Source: Bacillota bacterium (GTDB taxonomy: Bacteria; Bacillota; Sulfobacillia; UBA3575; DUQP01). From it: a stretch of 64,000 nt of DNA. The translations under genes and the position numbers were made by a program. The notes below the pieces were generated by a model that saw only the letters and a list, made by a program, of their open reading frames with translations, was not told the DNA's origin and did not search any database. Shown here piece after piece: positions 25,039-33,598 of this stretch. Every line of letters starts with the position of its first letter. Positions within the stretch are counted from its first letter, which is position 1. The stretch is taken from contig DUQP01000031.1 in NCBI GenBank assembly GCA_012837735.1, positions 16,581-80,580 of the forward strand, in the 5' to 3' direction.

Positions 25039-26247
25039 ATGCCAGAGACACCAGTAGTTCTAAACGGCCTATTTACATCGGAATCCGTTACGGAGGGTCA
25101 TCCCGACAAGGTGGCGGACCAGATCTCGGATGCCATTTTGGATGCTATTTTAGCCCTTGACCCGTATGGCCGGGTGGCGTGCGAGACGCTCGTCACCACC
25201 GGCCTGGTTCTGGTGGCCGGCGAGATTACGACTGATTGCTACGTGGATATTCCGCATGTGGTGCGCGAAACAGTGCGCCGGATCGGCTACACGCGGGCGA
25301 AATACGGTTTTGATTGCGATACCTGTGCTGTCTTGACAGCTATCGATGAGCAGTCCCCGGATATTGCCGGGGGAGTGGACGTGGCTTGGGAGGAACGCAC
25401 CGGCTTGAGCCGGGCGGAAGGGGGAAACCTGGGGGCCGGGGACCAGGGCATGATGTTCGGTTTTGCCTGCGATGAGACGCCGGAGTTGATGCCAATGCCG
25501 ATTGCTTTGGCCCATAAGTTGGCGCGGCGCCTGGCGCAGGTCAGGCACGACCGGCAGATCCCGTACCTGCGGCCCGATGGCAAGACGCAGGTGACGATTG
25601 AATATCGCGATGGCAAACCGGTCAGGGTAGACACGATCATCGTTTCCGCCCAGCATAAGCCGGGGATCGGTCAGGACCGGATCGCCCAGGATGTGTTGGA
25701 AAAGGTAGTGACACCGATTGTCCCGGCCGCCTTGATTGATTCACAGACGCGCTTTTTGGTCAACCCCTCCGGGCGGTTCGTGATGGGAGGACCGCAGGCG
25801 GACACGGGCTTGACCGGCCGCAAAATCATCGTGGACACCTACGGCGGCTATGCCCGGCATGGGGGCGGAGCGTTCTCCGGCAAAGACCCGACGAAGGTAG
25901 ATCGTTCCGGCGGCTATGCCATGCGCTGGGTGGCGAAAAACCTGGTGGCAGCCGGCCTGGCTAGCCGGTGTGAAGTGCAGGTGGCATACGCCATCGGTGT
26001 GGCGGAGCCCGTCTCAATTGCGGTGGAGACTTTCGGTACCGGGGTTCTGCCGGACGAACGCTTGGCCGAACTGGTACGCCAGGTGTTCGATTTGCGCCCG
26101 GCGGCCATTATCCACGCTCTGCAACTGCGCCGGCCGATATATTCCGCCACAGCGGCCTACGGACATTTTGGCCGGACTGATTTGGACTTGCCCTGGGAGT
26201 GCACGGATCACAAAGACCTGTTGCGTGAGCGGGCCGGTTTGGTCTAA
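25039..26247 (+). CDS. metK: S-adenosylmethionine synthetase
   Basis: [40 protein letters not shown] motifs; RBS GGGAGGAGG; only 19 nt after fabZ, no room for an S-box leader. Confidence 0.95.
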   Translation: MPETPVVLNGLFTSESVTEGHPDKVADQISDAILDAILALDPYGRVACETLVTTGLVLVAGEITTDCYVDIPHVVRETVRRIGYTRAKYGFDCDTCAVLTAIDEQSPDIAGGVDVAWEERTGLSRAEGGNLGAGDQGMMFGFACDETPELMPMPIALAHKLARRLAQVRHDRQIPYLRPDGKTQVTIEYRDGKPVRVDTIIVSAQHKPGIGQDRIAQDVLEKVVTPIVPAALIDSQTRFLVNPSGRFVMGGPQADTGLTGRKIIVDTYGGYARHGGGAFSGKDPTKVDRSGGYAMRWVAKNLVAAGLASRCEVQVAYAIGVAEPVSIAVETFGTGVLPDERLAELVRQVFDLRPAAIIHALQLRRPIYSATAAYGHFGRTDLDLPWECTDHKDLLRERAGLV

Positions 26248-26311
26248 GGCACCAATCCCCCCTTGCCGGGCATATGAATGAGGGAGAGCAAATCCCGGCG
26301 AGAAGGGCTGA

Positions 26312-26767
26312 TTGGCCATGGTTTGGGTAGCGGTGGGCATTTGCCTTTGTTTGAGCCTGTTGGCTTTGGCCGGCGGCGGTCGTCAGCCGGAGCCGAAAAC
26401 AATCCGGGTAGTGTTACTGGTGCATGAACAGGCAAATGCCCTCGAAGGATTAGTGCGGACAGTGGGTAGGGTAGTGGGATACCTGGCCCCTCCTGGCCGG
26501 GAGCCGCGCCTGACGGTCGTTGACCTCGGTTCGGCGGATGACACAGGCCAGGTTTTGGAGCGCTTAAGCGCCATGTATGGGTTTTTGGATTGGCGTGTAG
26601 TCCCGCTGACGGAGGCAGTAAGGAGCTGGCCGGAGAGCCGCCGGGAGCAGATTTACCTGCTCGACGCCCGCGGCCAACGGGATGTCCGCCCCTTGGCGCG
26701 CGTCGTCTGCCGGCGTTTCCTGGGTGACCAGCTGGACAACTCCCTTGGGACGGAAGGCACTGGCTAA
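26312..26767 (+). CDS. hypothetical protein with signal/TM segment and a truncated GT2-like N-terminal segment
   Basis: IRVVLLVHEQANALEGLV...LTVVDLGSADDTGQVLERL resembles the first two beta strands and DGS region of GT-A glycosyltransferases, but the protein is only 151 aa. Confidence 0.45.
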   Translation: MAMVWVAVGICLCLSLLALAGGGRQPEPKTIRVVLLVHEQANALEGLVRTVGRVVGYLAPPGREPRLTVVDLGSADDTGQVLERLSAMYGFLDWRVVPLTEAVRSWPESRREQIYLLDARGQRDVRPLARVVCRRFLGDQLDNSLGTEGTG

Positions 26768-26785
26768 GACAGGAGGATGTGAATT

Positions 26786-28942
26786 GTGGGGGAAGGAGGA
26801 ACCGTCATCGTGCGCGGCACGGTGGAAAGGGTGACATTCGAGCAGCCTGACTCAGGTTGGGCGGTGCTGAGAATCAGCGGGCCGGAGGGCCTGTACACGG
26901 CGGTGGGGAATCTGGCCGGTTTGAGCGCCGGAGAGGAAGTGGAGCTACAGGGCGAGTGGACAAGCCATCCACGCTTTGGTCGCCAATTCAAAACTACTTC
27001 TTTTCGCACGATTCTACCGGTGACGACAGCCGGGATGAAACGCTTCTTGGCTTCAAACCTCGTGAAAGGAATCGGTCCGCAGTTGGCGGAAGCGATCGTG
27101 GCCAGGTTTGGTCAGGATACACTACGGGTGATCGAACAGGAGCCGCAGCGCTTGAGTGAGGTGGAGGGGATTGGTGCCGCCCGCATCGCGGCCCTGCGGC
27201 AAGCCTGGGATGAACAAAAGACATGGCGGGAACTGATGGTGTTCTTGCAGGGCCTTGGCATCAGCCCCGGACTAGCCTTCAAGATTTGCCGCCGCTACGG
27301 GCAAGGTGCCGGGGCGGTGGTCCGGCAAGACCCGTACCGGCTGGCGCGGGAAGTGCGCGGGATTGGTTTTGCCACTGCCGACCGCGTGGCGTCCTTAGTG
27401 GGTGTGGGGCCGAAGGCGACGGCGCGCGCCGCCGCCGGACTAATCCACGTTTTGGAAACGGCGCTGGAGGCCGGTCACACCGCCTTGCCGCACATGGAGC
27501 TTTTGACGCGCACCGCCGAACTCCTGGCATGGCAGGAAGCAGAACTGATCCCGGTATTGGAGCACATGGTGCAAAAAGGCGAACTAAGGCGGGAGTTTGC
27601 CGCCTTGCCGGCCGGCCCTTATATTTACTTGCCGCAGTTTGCTCGTGCGGAAGCCCAGGTTGCCCAGCGGGTGATGGAATTGCTGGCTGCCCCCCCGGGC
27701 CTATGGCACGGTCCGCCGCAAGGGGAGGAATTATCTTTGTTGGCGGCCCTTTCGCCGGAACAGGCCACAGCCGTTCGTACCGCTTTGACGGAGCGACTGA
27801 CGGTCATCACCGGTGGCCCGGGCACAGGCAAGACCACCACCATCCGGACCCTGCTACAGATCGCCACCGGCCGGAAAGCGCGCGTTTTGCTGGCGGCTCC
27901 CACCGGGCGCGCTGCTAAGCGCCTGTCCGAGGTGACTGGTGCCCCTGCCAGTACATTGCACAGAATGCTGGAGTTGCGCCCGCAAGCCCCATCAGAACCG
28001 GGACGAATTCTTGCCGCTGAGATGGTGATCGTGGACGAGATGTCCATGGTCGATTTACCGTTATGCGATCAACTGTTGCAGGCGGTTCAGCCAGGCACGC
28101 ACCTGGTGTTGGTTGGGGATGTGGATCAGCTCCCGCCGGTGGGGCCCGGGCAGGTATTGAAAGACCTGATTGACAGTGCTAGAGTGCCGACGGTGCGGCT
28201 GCGGACCATTTTCCGGCAACGGGAGGCGAGCGGCATTGTGACGAACGCCCACCGCATTAACCGCGGCCAGCTCCCGTATTGGGGCAAGTCAGCGCCGGAT
28301 TTTTTCTTCTTTTCCGCCCAGGATGCCGAAACCTGCGCCGGAATCATCACTGCCCTGGTGACAGAGCGTATTCCCCGCCGGTTTGGCATCCCACCGGAGC
28401 AAATCCAGGTGTTGAGCCCCGTGCACAGGGGTGTGGCCGGCGTGCAAAGTTTGAATCAGCGCCTGCAAGAAGCGCTTAACCCTGCCCGGCCGGGTTTGCC
28501 CCAGTTGCCCAGCGGCGGTAGCACGTTTCGGCCTAATGACAGGGTGATCCAAGTGGTGAACAATTACCAAAAAGAGGCCTTCAACGGAGACCTGGGATGT
28601 TTGACCGCTGTCGATCCCACCGCCCGGCGCCTGCAGGTGTCGTTTGACGGCGGGCCCCCGGTTTCCTATGAGGCGACCGAGTTGGATGAATTGATGCTGG
28701 CCTATGCCATTTCCGTGCACAAGAGCCAGGGCAGCGAATACCCGGCGGTCGTGCTGCCGGTGATGTGGATCATGCCTGCCATGATGACCAGGCGCCTGCT
28801 TTATACCGCTGTGACGCGCGCTAAGCGCCTGGTGGTGCTGGTGGGGAATGTCGGGGCGCTGAAAAAACATGTTACAAATGATGCCCAGGAAATCCGCTTT
28901 GGCCATCTCGCCCACCGCCTGGCCATGGTCGGTGGCCAGTGA
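26786..28942 (+). CDS. recD2: ATP-dependent RecD-like DNA helicase (RecD2/YrrC, SF1B)
   Basis: N-terminal OB/HhH region, Walker A GGPGTGKTT, VDEMSMVD, SVHKSQGSEY; RBS AGGAGG. Confidence 0.9.
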   Translation: MGEGGTVIVRGTVERVTFEQPDSGWAVLRISGPEGLYTAVGNLAGLSAGEEVELQGEWTSHPRFGRQFKTTSFRTILPVTTAGMKRFLASNLVKGIGPQLAEAIVARFGQDTLRVIEQEPQRLSEVEGIGAARIAALRQAWDEQKTWRELMVFLQGLGISPGLAFKICRRYGQGAGAVVRQDPYRLAREVRGIGFATADRVASLVGVGPKATARAAAGLIHVLETALEAGHTALPHMELLTRTAELLAWQEAELIPVLEHMVQKGELRREFAALPAGPYIYLPQFARAEAQVAQRVMELLAAPPGLWHGPPQGEELSLLAALSPEQATAVRTALTERLTVITGGPGTGKTTTIRTLLQIATGRKARVLLAAPTGRAAKRLSEVTGAPASTLHRMLELRPQAPSEPGRILAAEMVIVDEMSMVDLPLCDQLLQAVQPGTHLVLVGDVDQLPPVGPGQVLKDLIDSARVPTVRLRTIFRQREASGIVTNAHRINRGQLPYWGKSAPDFFFFSAQDAETCAGIITALVTERIPRRFGIPPEQIQVLSPVHRGVAGVQSLNQRLQEALNPARPGLPQLPSGGSTFRPNDRVIQVVNNYQKEAFNGDLGCLTAVDPTARRLQVSFDGGPPVSYEATELDELMLAYAISVHKSQGSEYPAVVLPVMWIMPAMMTRRLLYTAVTRAKRLVVLVGNVGALKKHVTNDAQEIRFGHLAHRLAMVGGQ

Positions 28943-29628
28943 TGCGCGCGGGCATTGGCAGCCAGGTGTGGAGTGGGATTGTCAGTTTGGTTTTTCCTGT
29001 CCGCACCACTTGTTGGGGATGCGGCGGGGAACTGGCGGCACAGGAGCCCTTGTTCTGCCTTGTTTGCCGGCAAGGCTTTGCCGCCGGCCTGGCCGGCTGG
29101 GACTTGACAGATGACTTGATCGCCCGGGCCTGGGCCGTGGGGCCTTATCAAGGCGGGCTGCGCCGCGCTGTCCTGGCATACAAGTATAGCGGCAAAGAGT
29201 ATCTGGCGGAACCTTTGGGCCGGTTGCTGGCCGCCCGCTTGGCAGGGGCGGTTCCCGGGTCGTGCCAGGTGATCCCGGTCCCATTACACCGCACCAGACG
29301 CCGGCAAAGAGGTTTCAACCAGGCAGAGGCCTTGGCCCAAGTGTTAGGAAAGGAATTGCGGCTACCGGTGCGGGCGGATATCCTCGTGCGGCGTCAGGCC
29401 ACGCGCCCCCTTAGTACACTTAATCACGATAATCGCCACCAGGAGTTGCGCGGGGCATTCCATGTCGCCTGGCCGGGTTTGCCGGGGACCCCGGTTTTGC
29501 TGGTGGATGATGTTGTGACAAGTGGTGCGACCGTGCACGAATGCGCGGGGGTCTTGCGGGCCGCTGGTTATGGGCCGGTGTATGTAGCGACAGTTTGTGC
29601 TGTTACGGATAATTGCCAAAGAGCTTAG
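28939..29628 (+). CDS. comFC: ComF family protein (ComFC-like phosphoribosyltransferase)
   Basis: N-terminal Cys cluster CWGCGG...CLVC, PRTase motif VLLVDDVVTSGAT. Confidence 0.85.
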   Translation: MMRAGIGSQVWSGIVSLVFPVRTTCWGCGGELAAQEPLFCLVCRQGFAAGLAGWDLTDDLIARAWAVGPYQGGLRRAVLAYKYSGKEYLAEPLGRLLAARLAGAVPGSCQVIPVPLHRTRRRQRGFNQAEALAQVLGKELRLPVRADILVRRQATRPLSTLNHDNRHQELRGAFHVAWPGLPGTPVLLVDDVVTSGATVHECAGVLRAAGYGPVYVATVCAVTDNCQRA

Positions 29629-29733
29629 TTTTTTCCACAGGTTGGGCAGGAAAAAAACGCCTTGTGACGAATCGTATAATTGGTCTTATTCAGGATTGGG
29701 TATCTCATAGATTTGTACCTTGTTGTTCTGATG

Positions 29734-29777
29734 GTGTTGCCGGATCCCTCCGGCAGCACCATTTTTCGCGTTTTTTT
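29734..29777 (+). terminator. rho-independent terminator downstream of comFC
   Basis: 11-bp stem GTGTTGCCGGA-tccc-TCCGGCAGCAC then CATTTTTCGCGTTTTTTT. Confidence 0.8.
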
Positions 29778-29988
29778 AACATTTAGCGGGACAACGACTG
29801 ACGGGAAACGACAATCCACAAAATAATCCCCAGCCTAAACCCCTGGAAACGGTGTTATTAACAGACTTATCCACATAATACACAAGCATTTTTATCCCCA
29901 GCCTGGGTTTATCCCCTGCAACTTCACATAATATTGGATCACCCAAATAGCCTCTGTCGAAGCATGACATTTGGAGAAGGCAGGATTC

Positions 29989-30018
29989 TCTTGCCAGGAA
30001 GCGGAATACTATTATTAT
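29989..30018 (+). promoter_or_regulatory. candidate sigma-A promoter for hpf (TTGCCA ... TATTAT)
   Basis: -35 TTGCCA 29989-29994; overlapping TATTAT hexamers at 15 or 18 nt spacing; about 25 nt upstream of the hpf RBS. Confidence 0.35.
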
Positions 30019-30045
30019 CAGTCCACGCCGGAAGGAGATGAGACT

Positions 30046-30561
30046 GTGCAGATTAACATCCGGGGCAAGAGCATTGATATCACGCCTTCTTTGCGCGCGT
30101 ATGTCGAGAAGAAGGTGGGCAAAATCGGCAAGTATTTCGCAGGACTGGATCTCAACTGTCAGGTTGCTTTGAGTGTTGAGAAGGACCGCCACATTGTCGA
30201 GGTCACATTGCCTGTAAACGGTTGGCTGCTGCGCGGTGAAGAGGAAAGCGAGGATATGTACAGTTCCGTGGATTTGGTGGTCGATAAGCTAGAGCGTCAG
30301 ATCCGCAAGTATAAGACTCGTTTGAATCGCAAGTTGCGGCGGATGGAAAAACCGGAGGTGCAGGCGGTGCCGGATGACGATCAGCAGGTCGTGAAAATCA
30401 AACGCTTCACGTTCAAACCGATGCCCGTCGATGAAGCGATCATGCAAATGAACATGTTGGGGCATGATTTCTATGTGTTCACCAACTCCGAAAGTGAACA
30501 AATCAATGTGCTCTACCGGCGGCGTGATGGCAACTATGGTTTGATCCAGCCAGATTTCTAA
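30046..30561 (+). CDS. hpf: ribosome hibernation-promoting factor (long HPF, YvyD)
   Basis: VQINIRGKSIDITPSLRAYVEKKVGKIGKYF N-terminal domain plus C-terminal dimerisation domain; GTG 30046 after GGAAGGAG (ORF track's upstream extension is unlikely). Confidence 0.9.
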   Translation: MQINIRGKSIDITPSLRAYVEKKVGKIGKYFAGLDLNCQVALSVEKDRHIVEVTLPVNGWLLRGEEESEDMYSSVDLVVDKLERQIRKYKTRLNRKLRRMEKPEVQAVPDDDQQVVKIKRFTFKPMPVDEAIMQMNMLGHDFYVFTNSESEQINVLYRRRDGNYGLIQPDF

Positions 30562-30574
30562 GCCCGACCAGGGG

Positions 30575-30602
30575 CGGGGGGCAGCATGCCCCCCGTTTTT
30601 TA
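30575..30602 (+). terminator. rho-independent terminator after hpf
   Basis: CGGGGGGC-agcat-GCCCCCCG-TTTTTT. Confidence 0.8.
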
Positions 30603-30622
30603 TTATGTGGGGAGTGAAGCCG

Positions 30623-31750
30623 ATGGGAACGGGTGTGCTGCTACTGGAGGGCGGGTCGGCCTCTGGTGAGGTGGACTCCACATTGCAGGCGCTGCGGCGA
30701 GCGATTGCCATGGATACCCTGATAAATTGGTTGACGGTACCGGGTACGCAGGTGGTTCTGGCCAGCGGTAATCGGCAGCTACTACAGGCGGCGGAAAAAT
30801 TGGGGGCCGGCAGGTACGATACCGGGGGCGGGCCGTTCAGGCTGTTGGATACGCTGCGCGCGGTGCTGCAAGAGCAGAAATGGCAAAGGGTCCTGTGCAT
30901 GGGCGGCGCCGCGGCCCCATTGGCCACCCGGCAGGATTTGACGGAAATTCTGGGCATGTTGCAGGCCGCACCGGAACCGGCTGTGTTGATGAACAACCCG
31001 CTCTCAGCGGATATCGTCGGCTTTTCGCCCACCAGTTGCCTGGCGGGGATCCAAGCGGCCGGTTGTGACAACGACCTGGCTTTTCAACTTTGTCATATCG
31101 GATTACGCCGGGTGCTGCTGCCCCCGGAACCGCGCTTGACCTTCGATCTCGATACCCCGAGCGATGCTCTGCTGTTGCAGTGGTTGGTCGAGCGCGGGCA
31201 GCCGGTCGGGGAACGGACGAGACAGGCCTTAGCTGGCCTGCCCTGGGATGGCTGGCGGCTGCAGGCGGCGGTGGATGTTTTGGCCCGCCCGGGGTGTGAA
31301 GTGGCTTTGCTGGGCCGGGTTGGGCCAGGGGTGGTGAGTGAGATTAACCAGCGTCTCCAGTGCCGGTTACGGGTTTTTTCGGAAGAACGGGGCATGAAGG
31401 CCCTGGGGCGACTGGCGTCCCGGTCGGTGACGTCTCTGCTTGGCCATTATTACCAGGCGGTGGGGGGAGCGGAGTTTTTCCGTGCCCTGGGGCAGGTGGC
31501 GGATGTGGCTTTTTTCGATACCCGGGTATTGTTGGCCCATTTGGGATGCTACGTTGAGGCAGAACAGCGCTTTTGTTCCGACCTGGGCTGGTGGCGGGAA
31601 ATCACCCATCCGGGGCTGCGGGAGTTCACGCGGCTTGCTTGGCAAACGGAGGTGCCGGTCGTTCTGGGGGGACATTCACTGGTGTCCGGCGGTCTCCGTC
31701 TGTTGGTGGCCACACTGCCGGCCGGGCGGGAAAGGAATTCGCCCGAATAA
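30623..31750 (+). CDS. hypothetical protein: N-terminal MobA/CofC/DUF2064-like nucleotidyltransferase fold plus about 190-aa C-terminal domain of unknown function
   Basis: pattern ...DTLINW...VVLASGN...VLCMGGAAAPLATRQDL...FDLDTPSDA (the terminal D-x-D-T-P-x-D is typical of MobA-like NTP transferases); GGGGAG 7 nt before ATG 30623. Confidence 0.5.
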   Translation: MGTGVLLLEGGSASGEVDSTLQALRRAIAMDTLINWLTVPGTQVVLASGNRQLLQAAEKLGAGRYDTGGGPFRLLDTLRAVLQEQKWQRVLCMGGAAAPLATRQDLTEILGMLQAAPEPAVLMNNPLSADIVGFSPTSCLAGIQAAGCDNDLAFQLCHIGLRRVLLPPEPRLTFDLDTPSDALLLQWLVERGQPVGERTRQALAGLPWDGWRLQAAVDVLARPGCEVALLGRVGPGVVSEINQRLQCRLRVFSEERGMKALGRLASRSVTSLLGHYYQAVGGAEFFRALGQVADVAFFDTRVLLAHLGCYVEAEQRFCSDLGWWREITHPGLREFTRLAWQTEVPVVLGGHSLVSGGLRLLVATLPAGRERNSPE

Positions 31751-31762
31751 AGAGAACCCGTA

Positions 31763-32242
31763 TTGGAGAACTATTCCAGTACGGGCGAGGTGATCCGGGT
31801 GGTTTATGCCGTAGGGGCTTTCCTATTGGCATTGATCGGAGCTTGGTTGCGGGGCGGCAGCTTTCATAACCTGCGTTTTTTGGAACTGGAGCGGGCTGGC
31901 TTTTTCCTGGCGGCCCTTTTGCTGCAGTTGGTTTTGTGGCTAGGGGCACCGTATTTCAATGAGCGAATTGCGACTTGGCCGGCCTGGATGCTCGGCATCT
32001 CCTTGCTATCGTACTTATTTTTGTTTGTGGCTTTGGCCAGTAACGCCCGTATCCCGGGCATGAAGCCGCTTTTCCTGGGCTGCGTGCTGAAATTGGGAGA
32101 GATGCTGGCCAAGAATTGGGCATACCAACTATGGTTGGAACGGGTGGGGGATGCGGTAATCATCATCGGTTTGGCGGTGTTCGTGCATCAGGCTCTCATG
32201 GGGCCGCCCAGCCGGCGCCGGAGCGCAGTGCGGAGTGTTTGA
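31763..32242 (+). CDS. hypothetical small integral membrane protein (4-5 TM)
   Basis: 159 aa, hydrophobic helices; 12 nt after the preceding gene; TTG start; no family recognised with confidence. Confidence 0.45.
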   Translation: MENYSSTGEVIRVVYAVGAFLLALIGAWLRGGSFHNLRFLELERAGFFLAALLLQLVLWLGAPYFNERIATWPAWMLGISLLSYLFLFVALASNARIPGMKPLFLGCVLKLGEMLAKNWAYQLWLERVGDAVIIIGLAVFVHQALMGPPSRRRSAVRSV

Positions 32243-32267
32243 CCCCCTCCCCCGTGAGAGTTATAAT
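32239..32267 (+). promoter_or_regulatory. sigma-A promoter for thiT-thiN(-secA): TTGACC-17 nt-TATAAT
   Basis: -35 TTGACC 32239-32244 (contains the stop codon of the upstream gene), -10 TATAAT 32262-32267, exact 17-nt spacer. Confidence 0.6.
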
Positions 32268-32303
32268 GGTCTGTGGTAGGAATAGCGGGGAATCACGAAC
32301 TTT

Positions 32304-32338
32304 AGCACGCCTTCAAAAGAAGGCGTGTTGCCATCTTC
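32304..32338 (+). promoter_or_regulatory. leader hairpin (possible attenuator) in the thiT 5' UTR
   Basis: 9-11 bp stem (A)GCACGCCTTC-aaaa-GAAGGCGTG(TT) followed by TTGCCATCTT; lies between the promoter and the RBS GAGGAGGG. Confidence 0.35.
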
Positions 32339-32362
32339 CGCGCCACCCGAGGAGGGCGAACA

Positions 32363-32911
32363 ATGAAAAATGACCGACAAAGCGGCCGTCGCAGCCGTGG
32401 CCTGCCCACCAGGGCGTTGGCAGAGGCCGGCGTGATGCTGGCGCTGTCCACTTTTTTGAGTTTCATCAAGATTTGGGAGTCACCCCAGGGTGGAGCTGTC
32501 ACCCTCGGCAGCATGATTCCGGTTTTGGTATTTGCATTGCGCTGGGGTGTGCGGCCGGGGTTTCTGGTCGGTGCCCTGCATGGTGTGATCCAATTCCTCG
32601 TGGCCCCATTTTTCTTCCATCCCATCCAGGTATTGCTTGATTATCCGATCGGGTTTGGAATGCTGGGATTGGCCGGCGCTTACCGACGCTATCCGGCCCT
32701 GGGGGTCATCATAGCGGTGGTCGGGCGCCTGGCGGCCCATGTGTTGGCGGGGGTGGTCTTTTTTACCTCTTTTGCGCCTGAGGGCGTTAACCCCTGGATT
32801 TATTCCACCATCTATAACGGCACATTCCTGTTGCCGGAGCTGGCCATCAGTCTGGTGGTGGTGTTCGTACTGGGTTTGCTGCCGGCGCTGCGCCGGATTG
32901 ATGCGCTGTAA
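32363..32911 (+). CDS. thiT: ECF-transporter S component, ThiT/YuaJ-like (thiamine)
   Basis: 182 aa, 6 TM; QGGAVTLGSMIPVLVFALRWGVRPG, HPIQVLLDY, RLAAHVLAGVVFFTSFAPEGVNPWIYSTIYNGTF closely parallel B. subtilis YuaJ as recalled from memory; followed by a thiamine pyrophosphokinase gene. Confidence 0.65.
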   Translation: MKNDRQSGRRSRGLPTRALAEAGVMLALSTFLSFIKIWESPQGGAVTLGSMIPVLVFALRWGVRPGFLVGALHGVIQFLVAPFFFHPIQVLLDYPIGFGMLGLAGAYRRYPALGVIIAVVGRLAAHVLAGVVFFTSFAPEGVNPWIYSTIYNGTFLLPELAISLVVVFVLGLLPALRRIDAL

Positions 32912-32926
32912 GCTGGGGGGATAGTA

Positions 32927-33598
32927 ATGGACCTGCACGGGAAAAGGGTCGTGGTTTGTGTCAATGGCCATTGGGAGCATTTAGTGCAGACGGGCTGGCA
33001 GCGCCAGCCGGATGATTTTGTGATTGCGGCCGACGGCGGCTATTATTTGGCCAAAGCCCTCGGTTTGGAATTGGATTTGCTGATCGGGGATTTTGATTCA
33101 TTGCCGGCGGAATTGGTCCGGGAGTTGGCCCAGACCGTCACAGTGATCCGGTTTCCGGTCGCAAAGGACATGACTGACCTGGAATTGGCCATGGATTGGG
33201 CATTGGCCCGCGGTTGCCGGGAGATTTTGGTGCTGGGCGGTCTGGGCAAGCGCTTGGACCACACTCTGGGCGGGATCTGGTTATTGCCGCGCTGGGTGCG
33301 CGCCGGTGTGCCGGTGATGTTCTGGGATCCCTCTTGCACGGTGACCGCGGCCGAGAAAGAAGTCGTCTTGACCGGGCAAGCAGGTGACATACTTTCCCTT
33401 TTTCCCGTCACCCAGCTGGTGGAGGGAATAGAAACCCACGGGTTGAAGTATCCGCTGGTGAACGGTCGTTTGCGGTGGGGTGAAACCCTCGGTGTGAGCA
33501 ATGAGTTTCAGCAAGCCACCGTGCGCGTGACCTGGCGGCGGGGAATCTTGCTGGCAGTGCACTGGCACCTGGAAAGGGGAGCACAAAGCAGTGATTAA
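32927..33598 (+). CDS. thiN: thiamine pyrophosphokinase (thiamine diphosphokinase)
   Basis: TPK motifs [22 protein letters not shown], plus C-terminal thiamine-binding domain. Confidence 0.8.
   Translation: MDLHGKRVVVCVNGHWEHLVQTGWQRQPDDFVIAADGGYYLAKALGLELDLLIGDFDSLPAELVRELAQTVTVIRFPVAKDMTDLELAMDWALARGCREILVLGGLGKRLDHTLGGIWLLPRWVRAGVPVMFWDPSCTVTAAEKEVVLTGQAGDILSLFPVTQLVEGIETHGLKYPLVNGRLRWGETLGVSNEFQQATVRVTWRRGILLAVHWHLERGAQSSD

Noticed and set aside
32150-32362. TPP riboswitch upstream of thiT
   Set aside because: Searched by eye for the GGGGUGC / CUGAGA / ACCC / CUGAUCUGG...GCG.AGGGA arrangement. Only isolated fragments (GUGAGAG, GCGGGGAA) were found, in the wrong order, and the leader after the identified promoter is too short. 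Kept as a finding to be tested with a covariance model rather than annotated.
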